Below are positions 23,669 through 36,539 of a stretch of 64,000 nucleotides of DNA, piece by piece. How positions within the stretch are numbered: position 1 is the first letter of the stretch; the number at the start of each line of letters is the position of its first letter. The DNA is from Raja brachyura (taxonomy: Eukaryota). The DNA is taken from the NCBI GenBank assembly GCA_963514005.1, contig OY740782.1, positions 85,808,001-85,872,000 on the forward strand, in the 5' to 3' direction. The position numbers and the translations under genes were made by a program. The notes under the pieces were generated by a model. The model searched no databases. It was not told the DNA's origin and was given only the letters and a program-made list of their open reading frames with translations.

Positions 23669-25110
23669 GTCAAGAGTCAAGAGTGTTCTTACTTGCTGCA
23701 GCACAACATAATATGTGAACAGGTAAACATAGTACATAATAGGGAAAAAGTTCAATAATTAATAAATATAGTGCAATAATAATATGATCTTTTGCAGTTC
23801 AGAGCTCAGAGTTTATTCGTTGTTGTGTTTAATAGCCTGATGGCTGTAGGGAAGAAGCTGCTCCTGAGGCTGGACTTTACAGTTTTCAGGTTCCTGCACC
23901 GTCTTCTTGATGGCAATGGCGAAATGAGTGTGTGGCAGGATGGTGTGGGTCTTTGATGATTTTGGCTGCCTTTTGAGGCAGCGACTACGATAGATCCCTT
24001 CGACGGTGGGGAGGTCAAAGCCAGTAATGGACTGGGCAGTGGTCACACCTTTTTGTAGTCTTTTTCACACTTGGACTTTCAAGTTGCCGAACCAGGCCAT
24101 GAAGCAATCAGTCACAATACTCTCTACCATGCACCTGTAGAAGTTTAGGAAAATCCTCTTCGACATGCCGAATCTCCGTAATCTTCTTAGGAAGTAAAGT
24201 TGCTGATGTGCCTTCTTTATAATTGCATCGGTGTTCTAGGTCCAGGAAAGATCTTCAGAAATATGCACGCCCAGAATTTGAAGTTTTTGATCCTCTCCAC
24301 CAATGTCCCATTGATGTGAACAGGATTGTGGGTCCTCAACCTTCTTCTTCCAAAGTCCACAATCAGTTCCTTGGTCTTACTGATGTTGAGAGCCAGGTTG
24401 CTGTGTTGGCACCATTTGGTCAGTCAGCCGATCTCACTTCTATACTCAGAGTCGTCCCCATCTGTGATTTGTCCGACAAAAGTGGTGTCGTTGCCAAACG
24501 ATGATGGAGTTCGCACTATGTCCGGCTATGCAGTCATGGGTATAAAGTGAGTAAAGCAGGGGGCTGAGCACGCAACTTGGAAGGAATGATGGTATTAAAT
24601 GCTGAGCTGTAGTTTATAAACAACAGCCTGACGTAAGTGTTTTTATTGTCCAAGTTGGTAAATGCGGAGTGGAAAGCCAGTGAGATCGCATCCTCCATTG
24701 ACCTGTTGTGGCGGTATGTGTACTATAGTGGGTCGAGGTTCTTGTCGAGGTAGGAATTGATGTGCACCATAACCAACCTCTCAAAGCACTTCATCACAAC
24801 AGACGTTAGTACCACTGGTCGATAGCCATTGAGGCACGTCACCTTACTCTTCTTGGGCACCGGTATTATTGATGCCCTCTTAAAGCAGGTGGGAACCTCA
24901 GACCTCAGGTTGAAAATGTCCACAAAAACTCCCACCATTTGGTTTGCACAGGTCTGAGAACTCGACTGGGTATACCATCAGGTCCAGGCACTTTCTGAGG
25001 GTTCAACCCCCTGCAGGATCTTATTACGTCAGCCTCTGTGACTGTGACTGTAATACCATCAGGGAGAATGGGGGCTCTGGAAGGCACATCAGTGATCTCC
25101 CTATCAAAAC
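23669..25110 (-). mobile_element. Rex1/Babar-like LINE, 5'-truncated with internal deletions
   Basis: [42 protein letters not shown]-like region and SFFPTAIRLLN; tail (tcttgac)n. Confidence 0.85.
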
Positions 25111-25408
25111 CTGGAGCTTATCAGCAAACTAGCATGCAGAAAGTGTAAAATTGCCTATCAATCTAATATTTCTAATCTTTAAATCAATGGCTGGGAGGAG
25201 GCAGCAACCTGGGAGAGGAGCCAATCCTCAAGGACATAGCTGTATTTCTGCTAGAAATTGTAATCACACCCCTCTTTCTCTCCCTCACTACAATTAGTCT
25301 GAAGTCCCGACCCAAAATGTTACCTATGTATGTCATTTCAGAGATACTCTAGCACTTTGTGTTCCAAGAGATTTCAATAACTTGAGATGCATTATGAAGG
25401 CTAGCTAA

Positions 25409-26120
25409 TCTATATAATTAAAAGTTTAAATTTGACCACTTCCTGTTGCACTGTATATTGATTTTAGAAAAAAAGTGACCACTTCAGTCCCCCTCCAGCT
25501 GTCCGGGCCAGAGGATTTTTCCCATCGATGAAAAATAAAAGACATTAATGTTTAAAAAAGAACACTGAGAATACTGACCTGTAAGTGCCCTTTTTGTGTT
25601 TTTAAAGTGTGCCTTTTGCAACTGTGTGGTTATTGAAATGTGTGCTTTTTGCAACCGTGTGCCTTTTGCAACCATGTGCCTTTTGCAACCGTGTGCCTTT
25701 TGCAACCGTGTGCCTTTTGCAACCGTGTGCTTTTTGCAACAGTGTGCCTTTTGCAACTGTGCCTTTTGCAACTGAAAAAAGATGAAAATGTCTAAAATTG
25801 ATTGTCCACCCTCTCCCCCTTCTCTCTCACAGTCTCTCACCGGTTTTCGGCAGAATTTCTGGCAGTTTCTGAGCTGCCAGCCTACCAGGTTACTGAGTAA
25901 CTGAGCTGCCAGCCCAAGAATCCATTCGGCCCACAATGTCCACACTGGCTCTCTGGAAACTAGTCCCTTCGGCCCACAACACCCATGCTGACAATGCAGA
26001 AAGCCCCCCCCCCCCCCACACTGGCCAGCAATCTTGGAATTGGTGAAGAGGTGGAATATTGTGTTGGGGGACCATCCCTCCCGTGTGAAGCTGGGCCCCA
26101 ACGGGTCCCACTTAGTCTAG
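25409..26120 (+). mobile_element. Non-autonomous Helitron, 712 bp
   Basis: Inserted between A and T, starts TC (tctatataatt), ends CTAG. Hairpin tgggccccaacgggtccca (26092-26110) lies 10 nt before the 3' end. No TSD or TIR. Confidence 0.85.
25607..25775. repeat. 17-bp minisatellite (gtgtgccttttgcaacc)n inside the Helitron
   Basis: About 8-9 near-identical tandem units directly visible. Confidence 0.92.
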
Positions 26121-26954
26121 TACATAATTAAATCTCACCTCCCACAATGTCCATCCACAGTCATATACACTACTCTATGCAGCCTTCTACACTACTCTTA
26201 CATCATGCCAACACTCTCCATTAGTTGGGGCTCAGTCAATGTCCATCTTGACTGCCACGAATGTCTCCTGGTCAAACTTTACTTCCAATGATTCAGCAGG
26301 AACTGATGCATCTAGACTGGTGCATTCCCGGGGCAGCAGCAGTAAATGTTCGACTCAGCATCTGCAAGGTGGCACTCAGTGTCCAAGAATAAGTCCAGGC
26401 TTCTGCTGTTGCTAAATAGTGAGTTTAGTCCTGACAACTAGGGCTGAACTTCTAGGCAAACTTGTTACAATTAACAACTTACCTCTCTCTCTCTTGCTGG
26501 AGAAGGTGGTGTAAGGTTGACAACAGCAGAAGGTGAAGCACAACCTCTTGCACAGAAAGATAGCTGAACTTATCTACTTTTTTGCTGCCATAATGCATTT
26601 TCCAGGATTGCGAGATTTCTAATAGTACAAGGAGTCGTTGAGTAAATGCACATTGTCTTGAAGGTGCCATTTTATTTAAGAACCTCAAATAATGTACTTC
26701 ATCAATGTCTGATCCACCAACATCAGGAAAAAAACATTTTTCATGCTATTCTCCTTTAAATCAGCAACCAACAAAATTGCAATAATTATTGACCATTTTG
26801 AAGAGTGCAGTTGCTAGTTATTGTACATGGCAAAGATTGTGGGAGAAGGGGGGTACCTGTATTCTGTTTCTGATGGTTCTCTGCAGGAGTTGAGAAGGTA
26901 GCATTGACTAGCATGGATCTGAGGCTGTCAACAACGTGCACTGTGTCCAGCCCA

Positions 26955-27248
26955 GTGACCCGGATTCAGTCCTGACCTCCAATGCTGCCTTTGTGGAGTG
27001 CGCATGGTTTCTCTGTGACAGGTGGGTTTCTGCAGGTGCTCCGGTTTCCTTTCACATTCGAAAGGTATGTGGGTTTGTAGATTAATTGGCCACTGAAATT
27101 TCCCTTTGCATTGAGGTGACTGCTAGAATTTGGTGGTAAGTTGATGGGAATATGTGGACATTAAAATGTGATTAATGCCAATTGGTGCTTGACGGATGGT
27201 GTAAATTTGGTAGGTTAAAGGACTTGTTTCGTTCTGTGTGACTCCATG
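26955..27248 (+). mobile_element. Older V-SINE copy
   Basis: gacccggattcagtcctgacc..ggtgctccggtttcctttcacattc..ggacttgtttcgttctgtgtgactc. Confidence 0.7.
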
Positions 27249-27343
27249 AGTCACCAGAAATTTTGGTTCTGGTAGGTCACATAGGAGCTTTGTAGCCGAC
27301 AGCAAAAGTCACCACTCTAGCTGAGATTTCAATATTTATGTAA

Positions 27344-27650
27344 GGGCGGAATGATGGTGCAGCAGTAGAGTAGCTGTCTTACAGCGCCAGAGACCTGGGT
27401 TTGATCCTGACTGTGGCTGCTGTCTGTACGGAGTTTGTATGGTCTCCCCATGGCCGCATGAATTTGTTTCCCGGTCCACCAGTTTTCTCCCACATTCCAA
27501 TGATGTACAGGTTTGTAGGTTAATTGGCTTTGGTAAAATTGTTAAATTGTTCCTAGTGTGTAGGATAGTGCTAGTGTACAGGGATCGCTGGGCGCCGTGG
27601 ACCGAATGGCCTGTTTCTATGCCGTATCTCTAAACTAAACTAAACTAAAC
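27344..27650 (+). mobile_element. HE1-type V-SINE
   Basis: tRNA-like head, V-domain and tatctc(taaac)4 tail. Confidence 0.85.
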
Positions 27651-29439
27651 AAGAAAGATCAGTTCTCTTTGGCTATCTACCGTAGTTCCCATCAGTAATT
27701 TTTAATTAATAACTTCAAAAATAAGTCATTACATTTATTAATTCTTATTGGAGTGATAATAAAATGTTACTGCCTTTACATATTTAGTATTACAGAAAAA
27801 AAATCTGAAGGCTGTAAATATCAATGATCAACATCACTATTTATAGCATGTCAGATTGTTGAAGTGCGATGCAAGGACCCAAGCAGATGAAAGGTTTTCA
27901 GTCAGTATGTGGTGCGGAACTGAGTGATTTTCAGAAGGGAGAAAGAAATGAAATGAATAATACATTACAGTAATAGCAGAGCTGATTAGCATCATGGATG
28001 CCACAGCATGATTTACTCACACTGATATACCTTGATAGATAGGGAGACAATCTGCTCTTAGTTGGATGACGAGAAACAGAGATTAACAGGAAACTGACAA
28101 TGTCTAATGTATTAGAATGCAATAGAAAATTACTTTGCAGGGCCCCATCTGAGAAATGGCCAAAAATGTATCTGATTTCATATTACATTCAAATTACCAA
28201 TGTTGTTATTATATTTTGTTAAATAAAAATGTAATCATATTTTTTCAGTTATGATTCCAAAACACTGCAAACACACATTTTTGCATAAGCAACCTTGGAG
28301 GTGAATCTGTCATTGGTATTGTTGTAAAACAGGTGATAATGTATGGAACACTGTTTGATTGAATAAACGTTCACTTAATACCGAGCAAGAAAGATTATTG
28401 TATAAAGCATAAACAAGCACAATTTGCTTTTTGGTAATGCCCAAATCAAACTTCAGCTTCAAGGCCTGTCACCTATTGTGATAAATAATGCTCAGTTCTG
28501 GGGTAGCTTTTTCAACGTGGGGCTTTGATTCTTTCCACTTTGCTCAGAATTGCCTCAACATATTTTTACCTGGCCGGAGTCAGTGGATCCATTCCCACAG
28601 CTGACTTCTGAGGCCGACTTTGCAGGCCGGTATCTTGGTCCCCCAGAGGCCTATGAGCGCTGTTCCAGTACTGTTGAACTCCTCTTGGACATCCACGTTA
28701 GACTGAAGGGGTGGCGGGTGCTCCCATCTACCACATTGTCGACAGATTTGGCAAATCTCAGGTATTTGGGAGCTGGCCCTGTAGTTGTGTTCGCGCCTCA
28801 GCCTCGTAGGCAGCCGCAGATCCAATCCTCATTGGGACTTCCCAGGGCAACTCATTAACTAGTGTCAGGGTGGCCCATGCAAGAAATGCAAGAAATGCAA
28901 GTTTTGCTGTAAAATTAATTTGCATTTAATATTTGTTTAATTTAAGTTTCTAACACATGATGCTTTGGAGACACGGGAGGGGTATAATTAGTGTCAAAGG
29001 AGTATTGTTGAATCATTATTACGTTACCTCTGTTGGTCCGGCAAAACAGCAAGGCTCTGGAACCAAGGCTGCCGTAAAATGAGTGGCGTACCTGTATTAA
29101 ATTATTCCATAAAAATTGTAAAGTGACATGAAGTTGTGACTCACTTACATCAGAAGTTATTGGAAGACAAGATTGGATATTGCAATTAATTTTCATTTGA
29201 ATCATTTTCCAGGTTCAAATTCCAGTATAATTGCTCAGTGAACAAGATCCCTGCTAAAAATATAGGACCTTATTGATTCAACCTATGTCATCAACATCAG
29301 CCTGAGAAAGATGTCCTCGTACTTCATACTGATCTGTAACTCAGTTAGATGAATATTCTTCATTGGCACAGAGGAAGTAATGAATGGCAGGTTCCAGAGG
29401 AGTGTTATTAAATAGAGAGACCTAATGATACAAGAACAT

Positions 29440-29932
29440 AATTCCCTCGATTTGGCAACACTTGTGTTGAAAAGGATGTGTGGAATACTTGTCTTCATTG
29501 TCTATGGCATTCAGACCAGAATTTGGACATCATATTGCCATTGTGCTTGGAGTATTGAGTGTGCTTCTGGTTGCTGCATTATAGGAAGGATGTGTAAGAA
29601 GGAAAGGGTGCAGAAAAGATTCACATGGATGTTGTATGGACTGGAGCACATGAGTTACAGTATAAGGGATGACTGATAGCCCAAGCCTAATTTTCTTGGG
29701 GCTGGAGGCTGACAGGTGACTTTATAGAAATCTATAAAATCAAGAGAGGCAGGTAGTCAGTCTAATTCCTATGGCAGGCTATTCAGAGTCTGGACCATAA
29801 GTTTAAGATGTGAAGTGAAAGATTTAAAGGGGCAGTTTTTTTATGCAAAGGGATGTTGGGCATGTGGATGGAGCTGCCAGAGGAGGTGGTAGAGGCAGGT
29901 ACAATTACTTTGCTTAAAAAACATTTGGATAG
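29440..29932 (+). mobile_element. Old CR1 LINE 3' fragment
   Basis: gaaagggtgcagaaaagattcacatggatg..gagctgccagaggaggtggtagaggcaggtaca..aaacatttggatagg. Confidence 0.75.
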
Positions 29933-30222
29933 GGGCAGTGGTAGAGTTGCTTCCAAATATGCCAGAGACCCAAGTTGGATCCTGACTACAGCTGGTGTCT
30001 GCACGGAGTTGGTACGTTCTCACCGTGACCACGTGGGTTTTCCCCAGGTGCTTCAGTTTCCATCCACACTCCAAAGATGCACAGAGTTGTAGGTTAATTG
30101 GCTTTGGTAAAGATTGTAAATTGTCCCTAGTGTGTTGGATAATGTACAGGCAATACTGGTCGGCGCGTACCCGGTGGACCAAAGAACCTGTTTCCGCGCA
30201 GTATCTCCAAACTAAACTAAAA
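29933..30222 (+). mobile_element. HE1-type V-SINE
   Basis: Head gcagtggtagagttgc, V-domain, tail tatctccaaactaaact. Confidence 0.85.
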
Positions 30223-30349
30223 GTAATCTAACTGTAGAGTCTCTACAGGAACCAGGGTTGGAAGAAATGTAGTCTAGATAACTGTGGGGGTCAGTGGGTT
30301 TATAATAAAGACAATCAATATCCCTTACAATTTATGTATAGAAAAAATA

Positions 30350-31570
30350 GGTCTACAAAGGATGCAATCACCCTTGTACCACATTGAACTCAAAGAACAG
30401 TATAAGAACACCTATGCCAGGTGCTATTCATTCATCTCAACATTATAATACCAATTAAGCATATCTCTAAACGTCTGGACCTTGCTGCCTCCATCTGCAA
30501 CTGGCTTCTGAACTTGCAGACTGCAGACCTCAGTTAGTTACAATTGGTCATAACATTTCCTCTACTCTGACCAACAATACTGGTGCTCTTCAAGGTTTTG
30601 TGTTGTCCCCTGCTCTACTCCCTGTACACCCACGACCGTGTGGCCAAGTACAGCACCAACTCAAGTTTGCCAATGACTCCACTGTTGTCAACTAGATCAA
30701 CAAACAATGATGAGACAGAGTACAGGAAAGACATTGTATCATCGTGCTGGAACAAAAATCTAGCCCTAAACACCAGCAAGAGGAAAGAGTTGATTGTTGA
30801 TGTTAGGAAACGAGGGGGATAACAAAGCTCTGTGTCTATGACTGTAGATGCTGGATAGATGGTTGACTGTTTCAAGTTTCTGAGCATTAATATCACCAGC
30901 AACTTAATGTAACCCTTCACACTGATGCAGTATCCCAGAAACTACCATTAATTTACTTACAAGGGTCTGAGAAGATTCGGCATGTCCTTGAGTATTCTGT
31001 GGAACTGCGGATTGCTAGAGAAAGTATTCTGACAGAATACATCTCAGCCTGGTAAGGCCACTGCTCTGCCCTTGGCTGTCTGCATCTGCAGAGAGAAGTT
31101 AACTCCTCCCAGTCCATCACTTCTTTCCATCCAGTTCATCTTCACAATGCATTTTCTCAAGAAGGATAGAAGTATCATCTTGGATGCTTGCCACCCTGGC
31201 CATTCCCTTTACTCTCTTCTACCCTCCTGGAGAAGATGCAGGTGCTTGAAAGCCCAGGTGTCCAGAAAATAACAGCTTCTTCCCCATGTCTATCAGACTC
31301 CTGAACCAATTATCTCTTTTACACGGCTTTCCTGGAGGTGTGCTTACTCTTAACTGTACTTTATTGGGTTATTCCATGAATGTACTTTTTTTTTTGCACT
31401 ACTTCAGTTCGCACTGCAATCTTTGTACCATTCAGCCATTATGCATTAATTGTGGTATTTATTGTCGTATTTACCATAATACTGTTTATTCTATGAGTTT
31501 CATGTAAACTATTTTGTTGCACCATGGTGCACATGACTATAAACAAACCTGAATCTGAATCTGAATTAGA
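30350..31570 (+). mobile_element. Old Rex1-like LINE fragment
   Basis: [48 protein letters not shown] motifs; (ctgaat)n tail. Confidence 0.75.
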
Positions 31571-32668
31571 ATCTGTGGGAATAGGAGTTATGTCATATTT
31601 TTGTGGAATGATACACCAACACGAATCATGATTATAGAATAATAGAATTGTTATGGCACCGAAGGGGTGCATTTGGATTCACTCAATGGGTCTTTTCTTC
31701 CAGCACAGCAATTCTCGGATTCTCTGAACACAATTTGCTGCCATCAAGAAGAGAGATGTCGAGGAAATCACCTCAGGGAAAAATATCAAACCTGAGATCG
31801 AAGATGTTCTGTTATTTGTGCACTGCCTTGACAATTTGTTTGTGATGTAGTAAGAAGATTTGGAAAAAAACCCACTTCAATTATTTTTCAGATGACTTAT
31901 CAAGGAAAATGTCACAACGACACTCAGGGAGGACATCCTGGAGGGTCCATCCAGCAGGGTAATATGAGGAGAGCTCAACGTGCAATCACGATGTTGTGGT
32001 TATACTGTAGGACTCCCAACAGCCAGTGAGAGACAGGGGAACAATTATGTCGATAGGTTACCGAGAAATGTGAAAACAACAGGCTGGTGTAGTGGGTGAC
32101 TTTAATGTCTCCAATATTGACAGAGACTCACTTAGTGCAAGAGGAGTAGATGGGGTGGAATATGTTTGGTACATCCAGGAGAGGTTTGTGACACAGTATT
32201 TAGATAGTCTAAACTAGGAAGTGGCCATACAAGACCTTGTATAGGAAAATAAGCCTGTCCAGGTGATCCCATTTTGCACCAGTGCATTTTACATTAGTGC
32301 TGTTCCCTTACAAAATTGAAGAATCTGTTCCAAATTAATATTATAAATTGGTCCATGCCATCATGGTTAAACGTGTTTTACAATTAAAGAAAAATGTTAT
32401 TTTATGTAAAATGATTTCAGTGTCTGTGTCAATATTGTTGGTGAAAGAAATATTCCAAATTGGGTAATAGCAAAGAAATAAAAGAAAAACAAAAGATAAT
32501 GAAGGTGAATTTAGTTTTGAAGGAGCTGGCTGCATGCTTATTTTCATTCTGTTGAATAAAATTTTACTATTTACTGATTACATTTATGTAATTATCTGAG
32601 AAATATTGTGCTTTTGTATTCTATGCACTGCAGAAGAATGCCTATTAATTACTTATTTTAGGAAGTAA

Positions 32669-33090
32669 AGGGACTGGCCCACTTGGGCGACCTAATTGGC
32701 GAGTTTAGAAGAGTTTGAAAAAATGACATGTTGAAGACCTCCTTCGACTATGTAGAAGACCTCCTTCGACCTCCTTCGACTATGTTGAAGACCAGCTTCG
32801 ACTAGCTACGACTAACTTTGGGAAGATTGGACAGCGAATAGTGGAGAGTGAAGATGACTTCCTTCGACCTCCCTTCTACCTCCCTTCGACTATGATGAAG
32901 ACTATCTACGACTACCTTAGACTACCTATGATTACCTATGGCTATGATGAATATCCACGACTGCCTCGATTACCTATGACTAACATGCCGACCTACTACG
33001 ACTAAACCTACGACTAAACCTACGAGTATAAAAAGTATAGATTTTTTTCATAGTGACCTTTTTTTACTCGCGGGCATTTTTTAACATTGT
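32669..33090. mobile_element. PIF/Harbinger-derived non-autonomous element (one TIR, cgac-rich array)
   Basis: TAA then agggactggcccactt, a variant of the TIR at 48134. Repeats of gaagacctccttcgactatg are shared with 50790-50920. Confidence 0.75.
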
Positions 33091-33654
33091 AAAAGATGTG
33101 TCAGTAGCGCATGAACTCTCTCATTGCACTTGTACCATTCAGAAGGTAATACAGGAATCTGAAAACAATGACCACAAGCTTCATCGGTTCATCAGAATGA
33201 CTGTCGGGACACGCGACAGAATGACCGTTGAGCCGCAGCTATCCCTCAGCAGCAGTCCTGGTTCACCCGCCGCCAAACCTGAAGAGGGAACCCACTGAGC
33301 CCGGCCCCTGCTCATCCTTGAGGCACGGAGAACCGGTGAGTCGAGGGAGTCTTGCCGCGGCAAGAACAATGAGCCAGTGAGAGGATCAGGAGGTCCTACC
33401 TGAAGGTCGGGCGTGGGAGGGGCCCCTGAATCCGATAGGTTGAAGGTGGTCGAACAAAGGAGAGGGATGAACAAAGGAAAGTGTTCGCTTGCCGATTCAG
33501 ATCGAAGCGTTGGCTGGAGACCCTGCAGCCAGGACAATGAGGCTTAATGGACAGCTGCAGCTTGGACTTTGAATGTGGTGCCAAAACCTGGTGACTTTTG
33601 TGTACAATCTCAGTGGGCTATTTCTATGTAATTTGTACTTAATATACTTAATAC

Positions 33655-34023
33655 TTAATTATAAATGGACTGGAGAAGCTAGATGCAGGAAAAATGTTCC
33701 CAATGTTGAGCGAGTCCAGAACCAGGGGCCACAGTCTTAGAATAAAGGGGAGGTCATTTAAGACTGAGGTGAGGAAAAACTTTTTCACCCAGAGAGTTGT
33801 GAATTTATGGAATTCCCTGCCACAGAGGGCAGTGGAGGCCAAGTCACTGGATGGATTTAAGAGAGAGTTAGATAGAGCTCTAGGGGCTAGTGGAGTCAAG
33901 GGATATGGGGAGAAGGCAGGTACGGGTTATTGATAGGGGACGATGAGCCATGATCACAACGAATGACGGTGCTGGCTCGAAAGTCCAAATGGCCTCCTCC
34001 TGCACCTATTTTCTATGTTTCTC
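33655..34023 (+). mobile_element. CR1 LINE 3' fragment
   Basis: SRTRGHSLRIKG..FFTQRVVNLWNSLP..FKRELD and tttctatg tail. Confidence 0.9.
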
Positions 34024-34767
34024 TGGGGTTATGCCTATGTACAATGATAATTTACTGCACTGTATGCAAAAAAAAAGTTATTAATTGTACCTTGATACAT
34101 GTGATAATAACAAACCATCGAATAATAGTATTTTCCTTGCAAATATCAGGCTCTTTATACAACATAATGCTTAACTTTGAAGTATGGACTGTCCTTGGTT
34201 GCTTTAATGTCTTTAGTTGCTTCTTTATTTGCACTAGTATTGTTTTTTTTTGTGCTTATTATAGATTATCTGCATGCATTGTGTTTACAAGCCTGTTATG
34301 CTCCTGCAGGTAAGAATTTAATTGTTCCGTTGTCGGTACATACAACAATTAAACACTCATGATTCTTGAATTAAAGTGAAAAATAGAGTCCACAGGAGAT
34401 GGTAGATAGGTCTGCCACAGGAAGAGCATCCAGCTGCGTGTCTGAGGTTGTAACGCAGGTCGCTGATCTCAGTGTGGACAATGGCCATCATTTAGCTGTT
34501 GGCCCTCTGAATAGCATGTTCATGGGAAATGGTTCTAGAAAACCTAGGTTCCACTGTGAGTAGATAAATGTGCTGTTTTCCAGTCCGAATGTGGCATTGG
34601 AAATAGGTTTGAGGCATTGCCATTATCCATGACCTTGAGTGGAGGAACTTTACACCAGGAAAAATATGTGAGGCAAACATAAATCCAGCTGAAAAGGAGA
34701 GATCAAATTTCCTAGAGATCTAAGACACCCACATATGGGCAATTAATTGTTGTTCTCTGTGGTGTTG

Positions 34768-35040
34768 GTTTAGTTTAGTTTAATTTAGAGATACTACGTG
34801 AAAACAGGCCCTTCGGCCCACCAAGTTTGCATCAACCAACGATCATCCGTACACTAGTTCTATCCTACTCACTAGGGACAATTTACAGAAGACTGCACGT
34901 CTTTGGAATGTGGGAGGAAACGTGAGCATCCAGAGAAAACCCACTTGGTCATAGGGACCAATGCACAAACTCCCTACAGATAGCAACCATAGTCAGGATC
35001 AAACTAGAGTCTCCAGCGCTTGAAGGCAGCTCTACTGTGC
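34768..35040 (-). mobile_element. HE1-type V-SINE
   Basis: (gttta)n gagata..caggcccttcggccca..gaatgtgggaggaaa..tcaggatc. Confidence 0.82.
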
Positions 35041-35420
35041 CTCTATGCACCCAGTTCTTCTGTTCTTTTAGCACAAATATATATTTTTTTCCTGGAATTG
35101 GACAAAAGAACTTCTTAAAATTCTCTCCATTTTCTCTTTACCAAAGTTAATTGAGAAAGCCACAGATACAAAGAAAGAAAGGAATGAATTCAATTGCATA
35201 CAGATTGAAAGTCTGTTTTCTATTGTATGCTTTGTCTATCCTAATAAATCTCGTTGAAATGTCTGGATGTGGATGGTAAGCAGCTTGCTTTCAGACCTGC
35301 AACACTGGTTCATGTCACCAGGCACTGTCCAGTCTGAGTATCCTCAAATTATTTCCAATGCTCCCTCAGCAAAACACTGTATCACATAAAGGGGATAACG
35401 TAGAACTAGTGTAAGTGGTT

Positions 35421-35541
35421 GTAGAAACAAGGAACTGCGATGCTACTTTACAAAAAAAGACAAAAAGTGCAAGTGTAACTCAACATGTTCTTCAGGAATG
35501 CTGCCTGACCCACTGAGTTACTCCAGCACTTTGTGTCTTTA
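35421..35541. mobile_element. Penelope-type inverted pair within a SINE tail fragment
   Basis: aaggaactgc..gacaaaaagtgc..gtaactca followed by inverted tgagttactccagcactttgtgtc. Confidence 0.65.
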
Positions 35542-36539
35542 TTGTTGTGCGAACGGATGATCGAAGGTTGATCTGGACTCAGTGGGCTGAAGGTCCTGTT
35601 TCCATGCTGTATCTCTCTATTAATCAATCAAAAAACCTGACTATGACGCGAGCAGGATAGATGGACATCATTCTGCTTTGTGGCTGTGCTTGCTTTAGCC
35701 AGTGCAACACATATTAGTCCAACTGATGGGAAAACTAATCAATGGTGTAAATAAGGACCACAGGTGGGCCGGTGATTCTGTTGTTGAAGAGGAACTTGAA
35801 GTTCACGGAAAATGGAGCCAAAAATATTTTTTTTCAAAAAGAAGAATTTAGGAGACAATGTTCATTAACTTCCAGCTGTTCAACTATGTTAAAGAAGAAA
35901 GTATCTGGTGATCCATTTAAACCTGAAAATTAAGAAGAAAAACATCTGAAATGAAAAGCAGTATCTATAAACAGAACTGAAACGATTGATTGCTGCCATG
36001 AATATATTAGTGAAAAATGAGGCTGTACTCCTGGAAGACTCCTGGATGATCAGCCATGATCACATTGAATGGCGGTGCAGGCTCAAAGGGCCGAATGGCC
36101 TACTCCTGCACCTATTTTTCTATGTTTCTATGTTTCTAAATGCATCACAGCTAAAATCCTTAAAAACCTTCCAGGATAAATCTCATTGCAGATAAAGATC
36201 TAGTTTGTTGAATTCCTGACACAGTATTACTCATACAGAAGAAGCATTTTTGTGCTGGCTCCACACCAGTTTCACACTCCAAACATATACCCACGTTTTC
36301 CTCAATTTTCTTTCTGCAGTGTAAACCCAACTGAAAGATTTGCCAAAACCTTGGCATTAAAGACTTTCCTATCCAAAGGAAATGAATTGTTGATTGCCGA
36401 GACGTTAATGAGATAATGATTCCTCCCAGAAGTGGCAACTTTACAGCTGTTTTAGAAGTCTTGCCATGTACATTGTGGGAGTGAGTTTCTCTGCGGTCTT
36501 TTCAATAGTGTGCAATGATATTGACGAAAGGTTCCTGGT

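Noticed and set aside
25484-26101. 205-aa minus-strand ORF with LQKAH repeats
   Set aside because: Produced by the 17-bp minisatellite within the Helitron; no domain signal.
28560-28860. GC-richer patch with ORFs on both strands
   Set aside because: No recognisable motif, splice signals or termini; could not be assigned.
32720-33030. CRISPR-like array of short repeats
   Set aside because: No constant repeat with unique equal-length spacers and no cas genes; it is a degenerate subterminal array of a Harbinger derivative.
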